From Pseudomonadota bacterium (GTDB lineage Bacteria; Pseudomonadota; Alphaproteobacteria; JACQOE01), in contig JACQOE010000029.1 of the NCBI GenBank assembly GCA_016202695.1, forward strand, positions 61,332-125,331: a stretch of 64,000 nt of DNA, read 5' to 3'. Position 1 is the stretch's first letter; every line of letters begins with the position of its first letter. Below are positions 1 through 9,707 of the stretch, in pieces. The translations under genes and the position numbers were made by a program. The notes below the pieces were generated by a model that made no database searches, was not told the origin of the DNA, and saw only the letters and a program-made list of their open reading frames with translations.

Positions 1-42
1 CGAGCGCGGGCCGGCGCGGGCAACGATGACGTCGTCGCGCCC

Positions 43-717
43 GTGTTTCCGGCTCCGCGGACGGCGCCCGCGGCCATCCCCGGCCAACGGCCGGCCCCCG
101 GAGCGGCGCCGGCCACCTCGGGCGCGAACCTCGCGCAGGGCGCACGGAACCTTGCCGAACTGCGTGCGGCGCTCGCCGCGTTCGACGGCTGCGCGCTCAA
201 ACGTACGGCCATGAACCTCGTCTTCGGCGACGGCAATCCGGAGGCGCGGCTCATGCTTGTCGGCGAGGCCCCGGGGGCCGATGAGGACCGCCAGGGCCGC
301 CCCTTCGTCGGCGCCAGCGGCCAGCTCCTCGACCGCATGCTCGCGACCATCGGCCTCGACCGCAGCAAAACCTACATCACCAACATTCTTCCCTGGCGCC
401 CACCCGGCAACCGCTCGCCTACGGCGGCCGAGATCTCGGCCTGCCTGCCGTTCATCGAGCGCCACATCGAGCTCGTCGATCCGCAGTTGCTGTTGCTCGT
501 CGGCGCCACCTCGGCCAAGGCCCTACTGGCGCGCAATGAGGGGATCATGCGGCTGCGGGGGCGGTGGTTCAGTTACTCCTCGCCCGGCCTCGCGCGCCCG
601 CTCCCGGCCCTGGCCATGTTCCACCCGGCCTATCTGTTGCGCTCGCCCGGCCAGAAGCGCGAGGCGTGGCGCGATCTCCTGATGGTCCGCGAGCGGCTCG
701 ACGCGCTCGGCCTTTAG
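43..717 (+). CDS. Uracil-DNA glycosylase, family 4 (5' end may lie upstream of the window or at an internal start)
   Basis: Motifs GEAPG..D...G.PFVG.SG and HPAYLLR typical of family-4 UDG; coherent ORF at the window edge. Confidence 0.8.
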   Translation: MFPAPRTAPAAIPGQRPAPGAAPATSGANLAQGARNLAELRAALAAFDGCALKRTAMNLVFGDGNPEARLMLVGEAPGADEDRQGRPFVGASGQLLDRMLATIGLDRSKTYITNILPWRPPGNRSPTAAEISACLPFIERHIELVDPQLLLLVGATSAKALLARNEGIMRLRGRWFSYSSPGLARPLPALAMFHPAYLLRSPGQKREAWRDLLMVRERLDALGL

Positions 718-844
718 GCGGTAGGGCAAACCCGCGCCGCAAGTTATCCACAGGCCCGCGACGCCCTCTTTACCAGAAGGTTGTCCGGGCCGGAAGAATG
801 CCTATAGAATACCCCCGCCTTTGGGGAAGGGGTTGGGGAGAGGA

Positions 845-2710
845 ATGAAGGTCAAGGGGGCCTTGTCAGCCCTCGCCGGTTTTGTCGCCGCAACGATGGC
901 AGTCATCGGCGCGGCGTCGGCGAGCGAGCCGGTGCGGTGGTCGGCGGTCCAGGACCGAGACGCCGTCGACGGGCATTCCTTCCTCGACGGTCCGACCCAG
1001 AAGCCTCCTCACCCGCCGGCCGTCCTCTCTCCGCGCGACGCCGCGCGCTATCGCGCCATCTTCCGCCTCCAGGAGGAAGGCGAGTGGCAGCGGGCAGACC
1101 GCGAGATCGGGCGTCTGCAGAACCGTCTCCTCCTGGGCCATGTCCTCGCCCAGCGCTACCTCCATCCAACCGAATACCGATCCAAGTACGCCGAGCTCAG
1201 GGACTGGCTGGCCGAGTACGCCGATCATCCCGACGCCACCCGCATCCATCGCTTGGCGCTCCAGCGGAGGCCGAAAGGCGCCAAGGCGCCGACGCCGCCC
1301 GCCAAAGGCTACCTCAACGGCTCGGGCGACGACTTCATGACCTTCAGCGAGCCGGCCTACGTGCCTGACCGCAAGCTCAACCCCGCGGAGGAGGATCGGT
1401 CGCGCGAGGTCGAGCAGGCGGTGCGTGAACGGCTCCGGCGGGGCTGGCCGTCGGGAGCGCTGAGGGCGCTCGAGCAGCCAGAGGCGCGGCGCCTGCTTGA
1501 TTCCGTCCGTTACGACCGCCTCGCGGCCGAAGTTGCCATGGGCCTCTTCGCCACCGGCAAGGACGAGGACGCTTTTGCCATTGCCGCGGCCGCGGCCAAG
1601 CGCTCCGGCAAGTATGCCGCAATCGCCCACTGGACGGCCGGGATCGCCGCTTGGCGGCTGAACCGCCTGCCGGCCGCGCGCCGGCACTTCGAGGCGCTGG
1701 CCCAACTCTCCGGGTCCTCGCCCTGGCTCCGCGCCGCCGGCGCCTTCTGGGCCGCCCGCAGCCATCTCCTGGAGCGTCGGCCGCTCGAGTACAACCGCTG
1801 GCTGGAGAATGCCGCCCGGCATTCGCGCACCTTTTACGGGCTCCTCGCCCAGCGCCAGCTCGGCCTCGATATCCGTTTCGATTGGGATGGCCCCGGCCGT
1901 AACGTCGACTTTGCCGCGCTCCGCCGGTACCCAAACGGCGAGCGGGCGATCGCCCTCGTCCAGGCTGGCGAGACGACGCGGGCGGAGCGGGAGCTTCGCA
2001 AGCTGGTTCCGCAGCTTGCGCCCGGGGAGAGCGAGAACGTGCTCGCCTTCGCCTCGCTCTTCGGGATGCCGGCGTTGGCCATGCGGCTCGGCGGCATCCT
2101 CGCCTCGGAGAACGGCCCGAGCTACGACGGCGCCCGCTACCCGCTGCCCGACTGGGAGCCGGCCGACGGCTTCCGGCTCGACCGGGCGCTCCTTTTCGCC
2201 TTCGCTCGCCAGGAGTCGAACTTCGATCCCGACGCCAAGAGTAGCGCCGGGGCGAGGGGCCTGATGCAGTTGATGCCACGGACCGCGAGCTTCATCGCCG
2301 AAGATCGCAGCCTTCGCAGCCGCCACAACCATCGCCTCTTCGATCCCGGGTTCAACATGAGCCTTGGCCAGCGCTACCTCGAGCACCTGCTGGCGGACGG
2401 AGCGGTAAACGGCAATCTCCTGCTCCTGGCCGCCGCCTACAACGGCGGCCCTGGCAAGCTCGCGCGCTGGCAGCAAAGCGCCAACCACGGCAACGATCCG
2501 CTCCTCTTCATCGAGAGCATCCCGTCGGCGGAAACCCGCATCTTCATCGAGCGGGTCTTGGCCAACCTCTGGATCTACCGGCTTCGGCTCGGGCAGCGAA
2601 CACCCTCGCTCGATGCCATTGCGGCGGGCCGCTGGCCGGCTTACGTTTCGCTCGACGGCGACGAGGTTCGCTACGCCGAGGCCCGCAGGCCCAGCCATGG
2701 CGAGGATTGA
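845..2710 (+). CDS. Soluble lytic murein transglycosylase (SLT domain at C-terminus), signal peptide
   Basis: N-terminal MKVKGALSALAGFVAATMAVIGAASA signal; C-terminal ...FAFARQESNFDPDAKSSAGARGLMQLMP... SLT catalytic motif; start chosen at Met9 of the track ORF. Confidence 0.85.
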   Translation: MKVKGALSALAGFVAATMAVIGAASASEPVRWSAVQDRDAVDGHSFLDGPTQKPPHPPAVLSPRDAARYRAIFRLQEEGEWQRADREIGRLQNRLLLGHVLAQRYLHPTEYRSKYAELRDWLAEYADHPDATRIHRLALQRRPKGAKAPTPPAKGYLNGSGDDFMTFSEPAYVPDRKLNPAEEDRSREVEQAVRERLRRGWPSGALRALEQPEARRLLDSVRYDRLAAEVAMGLFATGKDEDAFAIAAAAAKRSGKYAAIAHWTAGIAAWRLNRLPAARRHFEALAQLSGSSPWLRAAGAFWAARSHLLERRPLEYNRWLENAARHSRTFYGLLAQRQLGLDIRFDWDGPGRNVDFAALRRYPNGERAIALVQAGETTRAERELRKLVPQLAPGESENVLAFASLFGMPALAMRLGGILASENGPSYDGARYPLPDWEPADGFRLDRALLFAFARQESNFDPDAKSSAGARGLMQLMPRTASFIAEDRSLRSRHNHRLFDPGFNMSLGQRYLEHLLADGAVNGNLLLLAAAYNGGPGKLARWQQSANHGNDPLLFIESIPSAETRIFIERVLANLWIYRLRLGQRTPSLDAIAAGRWPAYVSLDGDEVRYAEARRPSHGED

Positions 2711-3248
2711 CGAGTCGCGACCGTTCCTCCCGGTCAACATCGCGCTCCTGACCGTCTCGGACACGCGCACGCCCGAAACCGACAACTCGGGCGACGTGCT
2801 CGCCGAGCGCATCGCAAAAGCCGGCCACCGGCTGGCTGCGCGAGCGATCGTTAAGGACGAGTTGACGGCGATCACCGGCCGGCTCGCGGCCTGGATCGCG
2901 GATTCCGGCATCGACGTGGTCATCGCCACCGGCGGGACCGGCGTCACCGGCCGCGACGTAACGCCGGAGGCCTTCCGCTCGGTCTACGAGAAGGAGATCG
3001 AAGGCTTCGGCGAACTCTTCCGCTGGCTCAGCTTCCGCACCATCGGCACGTCGACCATGCAGTCGCGGGCGACCGCCGGGGTCGCCGGCGGCACCTATCT
3101 CTTCGCGCTCCCCGGCTCGCCCGGCGCCTGTCGCGATGCCTGGGACGAGATCCTGGTCCATCAGCTCGACAGCCGGCTCAGGCCGTGCAACCTAGTGGAG
3201 CTGATGCCGCGGCTCAGGGAGCACCTGGCCGAGCCCGCCCGGGGCTGA
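2697..3248 (+). CDS. moaB: Molybdenum cofactor biosynthesis protein B (MoaB/MogA family)
   Basis: Internal ATG at aa29 of track ORF; VIATGGTGVTGRDVTPEA motif; overlaps the SLT stop by 14 nt. Confidence 0.85.
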   Translation: MARIDESRPFLPVNIALLTVSDTRTPETDNSGDVLAERIAKAGHRLAARAIVKDELTAITGRLAAWIADSGIDVVIATGGTGVTGRDVTPEAFRSVYEKEIEGFGELFRWLSFRTIGTSTMQSRATAGVAGGTYLFALPGSPGACRDAWDEILVHQLDSRLRPCNLVELMPRLREHLAEPARG

Positions 3249-3846
3249 CCCGAGCGAAAGCCTCGCCGTCGTCCACGTCCTCCAGCACCTCGAGCAGCAG
3301 CACCCGGTCACGCCTCAGGTTCGCCAAGGTGTCGGAGAGCGCGTGCGGCCCCGAGAAGCGCACCCCCCGGAACGGATCGAGCCGCCGCGGCCGGCGGCGA
3401 AATCCGACCAGCCAGTAGCCGCCGTCGGCCGCCGGGCCGAGGACGGCGTCGAATCGTCCGAGCGCGGCGAAGGCCCGGGCAACGTGGCCGGGACCGAGGC
3501 CCGGCACGTCGGTGCCGACGATCACCACCGGCCCCGGCGGAAGCGTGCGCACCGGGCGGGCCATCCGCCGGCCGATATCGCCCCTGCCCTGCCCGATCCG
3601 CCGCCAGCCGCGCGGCCAGACCCGGGCGTTTGCGACCTCGGAGTCGGGGGTGAGGGCGAGCCATCGGTCCCAGCGCCGATCGCGCCCCAGCCCGCGCAGG
3701 AGGGCGAACGCCGTTCGCCTGTAGAAGATCCAGGCGCCGAGCGCACCGATGTCGCGGGCGAGCCGCCGTTTCACCCGGCCGAGGTGGGGGGCGCGGGCAA
3801 AGACGACCAGATGCCGGCGCGGGCGCAGGGCCGGGCCCTCAGCCAT
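3214..3846 (-). CDS. DUF2064 / TIGR04282-like glycosyltransferase-fold protein
   Basis: HLVVFARAP...VIVGTDVP...GPAADGGYWLVG pattern of DUF2064; start placed at MAEGPAL (aa11 of track ORF); 8-nt overlap with upstream GT2 stop. Confidence 0.7.
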   Translation of the reverse strand: MAEGPALRPRRHLVVFARAPHLGRVKRRLARDIGALGAWIFYRRTAFALLRGLGRDRRWDRWLALTPDSEVANARVWPRGWRRIGQGRGDIGRRMARPVRTLPPGPVVIVGTDVPGLGPGHVARAFAALGRFDAVLGPAADGGYWLVGFRRRPRRLDPFRGVRFSGPHALSDTLANLRRDRVLLLEVLEDVDDGEAFARVSPGRARPGAP

Positions 3847-4528
3847 AGAGCCGGGCCAACAGCCGGGGCGGCACACCCAGCAGGTAGAGCGCGAGGCAGA
3901 GGAGGTTGCGAAGCGGCCTCAGCCAGTAGCCGCCCTCGCGGTAGCGCACGCTTGAGGTCCGCGCCTCGGCGGCGAGGATCGTGAGCCGGTGCCGGCCGAC
4001 GCGGCGCACGATCGCCACGTCCTCCATGATCGGGATCGGCTCGAAGCCGCCGATCTCGCGGTAAAAGGGGGCGCGGATCAGGAGCCCCTGATCGCCGTAG
4101 ACGAGGCCAAGGACCCGGGCGCGCAACCGGGCCAAGCGCTCGATCCGCCGGGCCGCGGGCGCGGGATCGTCGAGGGCGAAACGGAAGGCAGCCGCGCGCC
4201 GGGCGTTCGCGGGGTCGGCGAGGAACTGGGCGGCGACTCCGGCCCAGCCCGAGGCGAGCCGCGTATCGGCGTGCAGGAACAGAAGCCAGTCGCCGCCCGC
4301 GGCCTCGGCCCCGGCACGAAGCTGGACGCCCCGGCCGCGCGGGGCCGAGACAACCCGCGCACCACATCGGCCGGCGAGGTCGGCGGTGGCGTCGGTCGAA
4401 CCGGAGTCGGCGACGATGACCTCGATCTCGAGGCCCGCGCCCGCGGCCTCGCCCAGAGCGCCGAGCGTGGCGCCGAGGCTCGCGCCCGCCTGCCAAGTCG
4501 GGATCACCACGCTGATGTCCACTCCCAT
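3839..4528 (-). CDS. Family 2 glycosyltransferase (TIGR04283-like), partner of DUF2064
   Basis: Real start at internal Met293 of the 521-aa track ORF (MGVDISVVIPTWQ...); GT2 DxD-type N-terminus; the N-terminal 292 codons of the track ORF are R/G-rich and rejected. Confidence 0.75.
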   Translation of the reverse strand: MGVDISVVIPTWQAGASLGATLGALGEAAGAGLEIEVIVADSGSTDATADLAGRCGARVVSAPRGRGVQLRAGAEAAGGDWLLFLHADTRLASGWAGVAAQFLADPANARRAAAFRFALDDPAPAARRIERLARLRARVLGLVYGDQGLLIRAPFYREIGGFEPIPIMEDVAIVRRVGRHRLTILAAEARTSSVRYREGGYWLRPLRNLLCLALYLLGVPPRLLARLYG

Positions 4529-4780
4529 CCACTCGGCCTTCGCCCCACGCCCCGAGCCGTTCCGCGTCCTCCATCGGCACCATAGCCGAGCGCCGGCGGA
4601 GGCGCGAGCGGGAGGGGCGAAACTTTCCCTGGAATGGGACCCAATACCGGCTTGGCATGCCCCCGGAACCCACGATATCTTGTGGGTACAATGCGGTCCG
4701 TTCGCAGCGGCTTGGGCGGCAGACGGCCAAACGGGCAATGATGGGGGCTTCGGCCCACTCGCGGACAAGGAGCTTCGCCG

Positions 4781-5011
4781 ATGACCGAGAGACGACAAGC
4801 CAGGGCGACGCCGAGCGCCCTCGACGCCCTCAGCAGGCACTTCAGCCGCCTCGCCGAAACCTCGGCCGGCGGCCCGGCGGCGAAGGTATGGAAAGAGGCG
4901 GCCGCGGTCGACTACCGGAGCGCCAACCCCTTCCGCTACGACATGGAGTGGAAGGACGTGAGCGTGCTGGTCAACGCCCTCAAAGGCAACACCGACAAGC
5001 CGAAGGGCTGA
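4781..5011 (+). CDS. Small hypothetical protein (76 aa)
   Basis: Strong AAGGAG RBS 8 nt upstream of ATG; non-biased composition (W, K, D, Y); no recognised family. Confidence 0.45.
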   Translation: MTERRQARATPSALDALSRHFSRLAETSAGGPAAKVWKEAAAVDYRSANPFRYDMEWKDVSVLVNALKGNTDKPKG

Positions 5012-5110
5012 GGCCGGGAGACGCCGTCCGCGCCCGCGGAGGCGCTGCCGCTTTATGATCTGTCGTCTTCGTTCTTGATTTGTTTCCATTGTTCCGGTTA
5101 GGCTCGGCCG

Positions 5111-6238
5111 ATGGATCGGTCCGACCCCCTCGCGCCCCGACCCGCCTGCCCGCAGAAGGCCCGCGGCGCGATCGGCAATCCTACGGGGCGCTTCGAGCGT
5201 GAGGTACGGGTCCCGGTTTCCGACGGATGGGACGAGGGCGGGGCTCCGTCCGAGGGGCCGCGCCTCGCTACGACCCTCACCCCCGATGCGAGCCGCACCA
5301 TCATCGCCCGGAACGACTCGCCGGACGTGGGCTTCGAGCAGTCGATCAATCCCTACCGCGGCTGCGAGCACGGCTGCGTCTATTGCTACGCCCGCCCGAC
5401 CCACGGCTATCTCGGGCTTTCGGCCGGACTCGACTTCGAGACCAGGCTCTTCTTCAAGCCCGATGCGGCCCGCCTATTGGAGGCCGAGCTTCGCCGGCCC
5501 GGCTATCGGGTGCGCACCATCGCGCTCGGCACCAACACCGATCCCTTTCAACCCGTCGAGCGGCGACTCCGCATCACCCGCCAGGTGCTGGAGGTGCTTG
5601 CCGCCTTCAACCATCCGGTCGGCATCGTCACCAAGTCGGCACTGGTGACGCGCGATATTGACATCCTCGCGCCGATGGCGGCCAAGGGGCTGGCGCGGGT
5701 GATGCTCTCGGTCACCACCCTGGAGGCCGCGCTCGCGCATAAGCTCGAGCCGCGCGCGGCGCTCCCCGCCAAGCGACTCGAGGCCGTTCGCGTCCTCGCC
5801 GAGGCCGGAGTGCCGGCGGGGGTGATGGTCGCGCCGGTGATCCCGGCCCTCACCGACTGGGAGATCGAGCGCATCCTCGAGGCCGCGCGCGGGGCGGGGG
5901 CGGACCGGGCCGGCTACACCCTGCTCCGGCTCCCCCACGAGGTGAAGGACCTCTTCACCGACTGGCTTTCCGCCCACGCGCCGCTCAAGGCGCGCCACGT
6001 CCTCAGCCTGGTCCGCCAGTGCCGGAACGGCCTCCTCTACGACTCCGGCTTCGGCACCCGCATGACCGGCGAGGGACCGTATGCGCGCCTCATCGCGACG
6101 CGCTTCGAGGCCGCCTGCCGCAGGCTCGGCCTCAACCGCCCGCCGGGCGCCGGAGGCGCGCACCGCGAGCAGGACACCTCGCTCTTCCGCCCGCCGCCGC
6201 AGGCCGGCGACCAGCTCGCGCTCTTCGCGCACGACTGA
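5111..6238 (+). CDS. Radical SAM protein, PA0069 / SplB-like (DNA-repair-photolyase-like) family
   Basis: CEHGCVYC CxxxCxxC cluster after NPYRGC; length and overall pattern of PA0069-family radical SAM. Confidence 0.8.
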   Translation: MDRSDPLAPRPACPQKARGAIGNPTGRFEREVRVPVSDGWDEGGAPSEGPRLATTLTPDASRTIIARNDSPDVGFEQSINPYRGCEHGCVYCYARPTHGYLGLSAGLDFETRLFFKPDAARLLEAELRRPGYRVRTIALGTNTDPFQPVERRLRITRQVLEVLAAFNHPVGIVTKSALVTRDIDILAPMAAKGLARVMLSVTTLEAALAHKLEPRAALPAKRLEAVRVLAEAGVPAGVMVAPVIPALTDWEIERILEAARGAGADRAGYTLLRLPHEVKDLFTDWLSAHAPLKARHVLSLVRQCRNGLLYDSGFGTRMTGEGPYARLIATRFEAACRRLGLNRPPGAGGAHREQDTSLFRPPPQAGDQLALFAHD

Positions 6239-6271
6239 CGGCGCCGCTGCGCCGGTCGGGCGCCGGCGAGG

Positions 6272-6883
6272 TCAGTTATGGGCTCCCATCGTCCCATGCC
6301 GGTGGGACGAGTCGCCGCCGGCTGGCGCGCCGGCGTAGCCGCGAAGGCGGACGTACTCAGCCACCTGCTCAGGCGAGAGGAGGGCCCGCGCGAGGAGGTG
6401 GTAGCGGAGATGGGTGTGGCGCAGCTCGCCCTCGAGCCGCGCGATCGCGAAGACGAGCGTACCGAGCGCCCCGTCCTCGGCCGCGCCGCCGGCGAAAAGT
6501 CGGTCGAGGGTGGCCTCCTTCTCGACGATCGCCCGGCCGAGCGCCCGCGCCTCCCCCTGCATTCGCGCCTTGAGCGCACGCATCTCGCCGGCTTGCGCCT
6601 CGGAAAGCCCGAGCGCCTCAGCCAGGTCGAGAACGTGCGTCGGGCCCGGGTAGCGGTTGAGCTCGGCCGCAAGCGCGAGCGAAAGGCCCCGCCCGGCGAG
6701 CAGGTCCTCGACCTGCTCGGCCGAGAGAGCCTTGATCTCGCGCCCCTCCCAGCCGGCATAGGGCGAGCGCCCCGCCTCCGCGAAACCGGGGCTTCGCTCC
6801 GGTGCCGGCGGATCGGCCGCGCCCGCCGCCGCCGCGAGCGCGCCCGCCCCGGCCAGCACAGCCGCGAAAAGTAATTCCTTCAT
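6272..6883 (-). CDS. Periplasmic Spy/CpxP-like (LTXXQ-type) protein with His-rich C-terminus
   Basis: Signal peptide [22 protein letters not shown]; LSAEQ / LSEAQ repeats; C-terminal [12 protein letters not shown]; GGGAGAG RBS before ATG at 6883. Confidence 0.6.
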   Translation of the reverse strand: MKELLFAAVLAGAGALAAAAGAADPPAPERSPGFAEAGRSPYAGWEGREIKALSAEQVEDLLAGRGLSLALAAELNRYPGPTHVLDLAEALGLSEAQAGEMRALKARMQGEARALGRAIVEKEATLDRLFAGGAAEDGALGTLVFAIARLEGELRHTHLRYHLLARALLSPEQVAEYVRLRGYAGAPAGGDSSHRHGTMGAHN

Positions 6884-7044
6884 TCCGCTCTCCCTCATCC
6901 CGCCCGGCCCGGCAATTCCGCCGGGCAAAGCCGCCCATCCCTATAGACCCGCGCCCGGCCGCCGCAAAGCCCCGCCGGCATGTTATAGTCGGACCAAGGG
7001 GACGGGCCGCGTGCAAGGCCCGGTCCATCGCGGCCCGGGGTGCG

Positions 7045-7680
7045 ATGCCTGATCTGTCGCTGGAGGGCTCCGTCGGCGCCGAGGTCGGCCGGCGGGTCGC
7101 GGGGGTGGACGAGGCCGGGCGCGGGCCGCTCGCCGGGCCGGTGGTCGCCGCCGCCGTCGTTCTCGGGCGCGAGGCGCTGGCCGGCGACCTCGTCTCCCGG
7201 CTCGACGACAGCAAGCGGCTCGCCCGGGCGGTGCGCGAGGCGCTCTACGCCGAGATCGCCTCCTCGGCCGACTGCGCGGTCGGTATCGCCTCGGTCGCCG
7301 AGGTCGATTCGTTGAACGTGCTCAGGGCCTCGTTCCTCGCCATGGCCCGGGCCGTCGCCGCGCTCGGCAGGCGCCCCGACGTCGCCCTCGTCGACGGCAA
7401 CCGTGCCCCGCGCCTTCCCTGCCGGGTGCGGACCGTGGTGAGGGGTGACTCGATCTCGGCCTCGATCGCCGCCGCCTCGATCGTCGCCAAGGTCACCCGC
7501 GATCGGATCATGGCCGCGCTCGCCTGCGAGTTTCCCGGCTACGGCTGGGAGCGGAACGCCGGCTACGCCACCGCCGAGCACCGCTCGGCGATCGCCCGCC
7601 TCGGGGTGACCCCGCACCATCGCAGAAGCTTCGCGCCCATCCTTGAGGCGCTTGCTCAATTGAACCTGCCACTCGATTGA
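7045..7680 (+). CDS. rnhB: Ribonuclease HII
   Basis: [15 protein letters not shown]...DDSKRL...LVDGN motifs; start at Met82 of track ORF. Confidence 0.9.
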   Translation: MPDLSLEGSVGAEVGRRVAGVDEAGRGPLAGPVVAAAVVLGREALAGDLVSRLDDSKRLARAVREALYAEIASSADCAVGIASVAEVDSLNVLRASFLAMARAVAALGRRPDVALVDGNRAPRLPCRVRTVVRGDSISASIAAASIVAKVTRDRIMAALACEFPGYGWERNAGYATAEHRSAIARLGVTPHHRRSFAPILEALAQLNLPLD

Positions 7681-7821
7681 ATCCACAGTAATTTTCGTTG
7701 ACTGGGTGCTCGAAGCTGCCGCACGATGGGCAGATGACAGGCTACGACCGCTTCACCCGAGCCTAGTTGACCGCCCCCGGGGTCGCGTCTCTTCGATCAG
7801 GCGCGGCGCTTCCACGCCAGG

Positions 7822-8004
7822 GTGCGGGCGGACGGGACCCTGATCGCCAACTCCTACCGCGGCTCGATCCACCGGGTGGGCGCGCTCCTCCAGGGCGTGC
7901 CTTCGTGCAACGGCTGGAAGTTCTGGCACTTCGAGGCCAAGGAAGGGCTCACCCCCATCGACCGGCTGCGCGAGAAGATTCGCTCCGACCTCGGCGACTC
8001 CTGA
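7822..8004 (+). CDS. Small hypothetical protein (60 aa, GTG start); 3' end overlaps convergent mutY by 56 nt
   Basis: Composition atypical of spurious GC-rich frames (NGWKFWHFEAKEG); in-frame stop at 7768 so GTG 7822 is the only plausible start; lower-GC upstream region. Confidence 0.35.
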   Translation: MRADGTLIANSYRGSIHRVGALLQGVPSCNGWKFWHFEAKEGLTPIDRLREKIRSDLGDS

Positions 8005-9073
8005 GCACTTGCCCCGCGGCAGCGAGGCCGGCGCGAGCGTGCGCCGCCACCTTGCGCATGAGCGAGGGAAGCGCCGCCGCGGCCAACTCCTCCGGGCGAA
8101 GCCAGGTTCCCACCACGCCGCCGCCCCGGTCGAGCCGCCCCGTGAGCACCGAAAGCTCCAGGCGGAAGTGGGTGAAGGTGTGGGTCACCTTGCCCGGAAG
8201 CGCCTGCCAAGCAAGCGCCAGGGGGGCCGCGGCGGCGGCCTCGGCCAGGCCCCAGCGGCGCGCCCGCCATTCGCTCGAGGGCACCTCCAGCATGCCGCCG
8301 AGGAGGCCGCTTTCGGGCCGGCGGCGAAGCAGCACCGCGCCGTCCGCCCGCTCGATCCAGAAGGCGACGCCGCGCCTGAGCGGGCGCTCGGGCCTCGGCG
8401 CCCGGGCCGGCAGGGCCTCGGCCAGGCCGAGCCGCCTCCCGGCGCAGGCGTCGGCCCACGGACAGGACTCGCACCTCGGCCGGCGCGGCGTGCAAACCGT
8501 GGCGCCAAGGTCCATCAGCGCCTGGGCGAAGTCGCCGGCCCGGACGGCGGGGGCGAGGGCGCCAGCCTTGGCGCGGAGAGCCGCCCGCGCCCGCGGCAGG
8601 GGCTCGGCCACGGCGAAGAGGCGGGCGACCACCCGCTCGACGTTGCCGTCCACCGGCACCACCGAACGGTCGAAGGCGATCGCCGCGATCGCCGCGGCGG
8701 TGTAGGCCCCGACCCCGGGAAGCGCGCGAAGCGCCTCGGTCTCGGCCGGGAACTGCCCGCCGTGGCGCGCGACCACCTGACGCGCGGCGCGGTGCAGGTT
8801 GCGGGCCCGCGCGTAGTAGCCGAGCCCCGCCCAGGCCGCCAGCAGCTCGTCGAGCGGCGCCGCGGCGAGCGCCGCCACGCTCGGCCAGCGGGCGAGGATG
8901 CGGCGGAAGTAGGGCGCGACCGCGGCGACCGTGGTCTGCTGCAGCATGATCTCGCTCAGCCACACCACGTAGGCGTCGGAGCGCACGCCGGGAGGGACCC
9001 GCCACGGGAGGTCGCGGCGGTGGCGGTCGTACCAGGCGAGGAGCGCCGCGGGCGGCGGTTGTTGCGCGTCCAT
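7949..9073 (-). CDS. mutY: A/G-specific adenine DNA glycosylase MutY
   Basis: HhH-GPD core (LPGVGAYTAAAIAAIAF), 4Fe-4S Cys cluster (CTPRRPRCESCPWADAC), NUDIX-like C-terminal domain; start at Met77 of track ORF (MDAQQ...). Confidence 0.9.
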   Translation of the reverse strand: MDAQQPPPAALLAWYDRHRRDLPWRVPPGVRSDAYVVWLSEIMLQQTTVAAVAPYFRRILARWPSVAALAAAPLDELLAAWAGLGYYARARNLHRAARQVVARHGGQFPAETEALRALPGVGAYTAAAIAAIAFDRSVVPVDGNVERVVARLFAVAEPLPRARAALRAKAGALAPAVRAGDFAQALMDLGATVCTPRRPRCESCPWADACAGRRLGLAEALPARAPRPERPLRRGVAFWIERADGAVLLRRRPESGLLGGMLEVPSSEWRARRWGLAEAAAAAPLALAWQALPGKVTHTFTHFRLELSVLTGRLDRGGGVVGTWLRPEELAAAALPSLMRKVAAHARAGLAAAGQVLRSRRGRSESSRAAGRWG

Positions 9074-9121
9074 TCCGGCCCTAACATAGCGACGGCGCGC
9101 CCCCGGGTCAGCGGCGCGCCG

Positions 9122-9640
9122 GTGGGGGAGGGCCGGGCCATCGATCGTGCAGCCGGGGAAAGACGTGGGAGCGGCGGGCCGAAGGCGCTGGCGGTGAGCG
9201 TCGGCAAGGTCGCCGGGCCGGCGCTCGAGCGCCGCGGCCGGGCGGCGGCGGGGCTGATCGCCGAGTGGGCGGCGATCGTCGGTGCGGACCTCGCCGCGCA
9301 CAGCCTACCCGAGGAGATCGTCTTCCCCCGCGGCAGCAAGAGCGAGGGCGTGCTCCGGCTTCGCGTCGGCGGCCCGCGGGCGGTGGAGATCCAGCACCTC
9401 GCGCCACAGATCATCGAGCGAATCAACGGCTATTTCGGCTACCGGGCGGTGGCCCGGCTGGCCTTCGTTCAGGCCCCCATCGAGGGCCGCGCCCAGCGCG
9501 CCCCGCGCGAGGAGCGCGCGCCCACGCCAGGCGAGGAGCGGGCGATCGAACGCGCCCTCTCCGGGATCGCAGATCCCGACCTCAAGGTTGCCCTCGCCCG
9601 CCTCGGTCGGGCGCTGGTCGGGCGTGCGTGCGAGCCCTGA
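9122..9640 (+). CDS. DUF721 (DciA-family) domain protein; start uncertain (GTG 9122 or GTG 9194)
   Basis: C-terminal part of track ORF 8009..9640 beyond the mutY start; ...LIAEWAAIVGADLAAHSLPEEIVFPRG...LRLRVGGPRAVEIQHL... matches DUF721; divergent from mutY as commonly seen. Confidence 0.55.
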   Translation: MGEGRAIDRAAGERRGSGGPKALAVSVGKVAGPALERRGRAAAGLIAEWAAIVGADLAAHSLPEEIVFPRGSKSEGVLRLRVGGPRAVEIQHLAPQIIERINGYFGYRAVARLAFVQAPIEGRAQRAPREERAPTPGEERAIERALSGIADPDLKVALARLGRALVGRACEP

Positions 9641-9707
9641 TAGGGTGCTTGCCGGTCGTCCGGCACCTGGGTATAGTCCTTCAAGATTTTGTGGTTCGGA
9701 GGCGAAT

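Noticed and set aside
866-2947. 693-aa minus-strand ORF antisense to the lytic transglycosylase gene
   Set aside because: Arg/Gly/Pro/Ala-rich low-complexity translation typical of antisense frames in high-GC DNA; the sense strand encodes a motif-supported SLT protein.
3771-4730. 319-aa minus ORF in an alternative frame over the GT2 gene
   Set aside because: R/P-rich low complexity; the GT2 frame has clear motifs.
8009-9121. N-terminal 370 codons of plus-strand track ORF 8009..9640
   Set aside because: Antisense to mutY and R/G-rich; only the C-terminal segment beyond the mutY start (DUF721) is supported.
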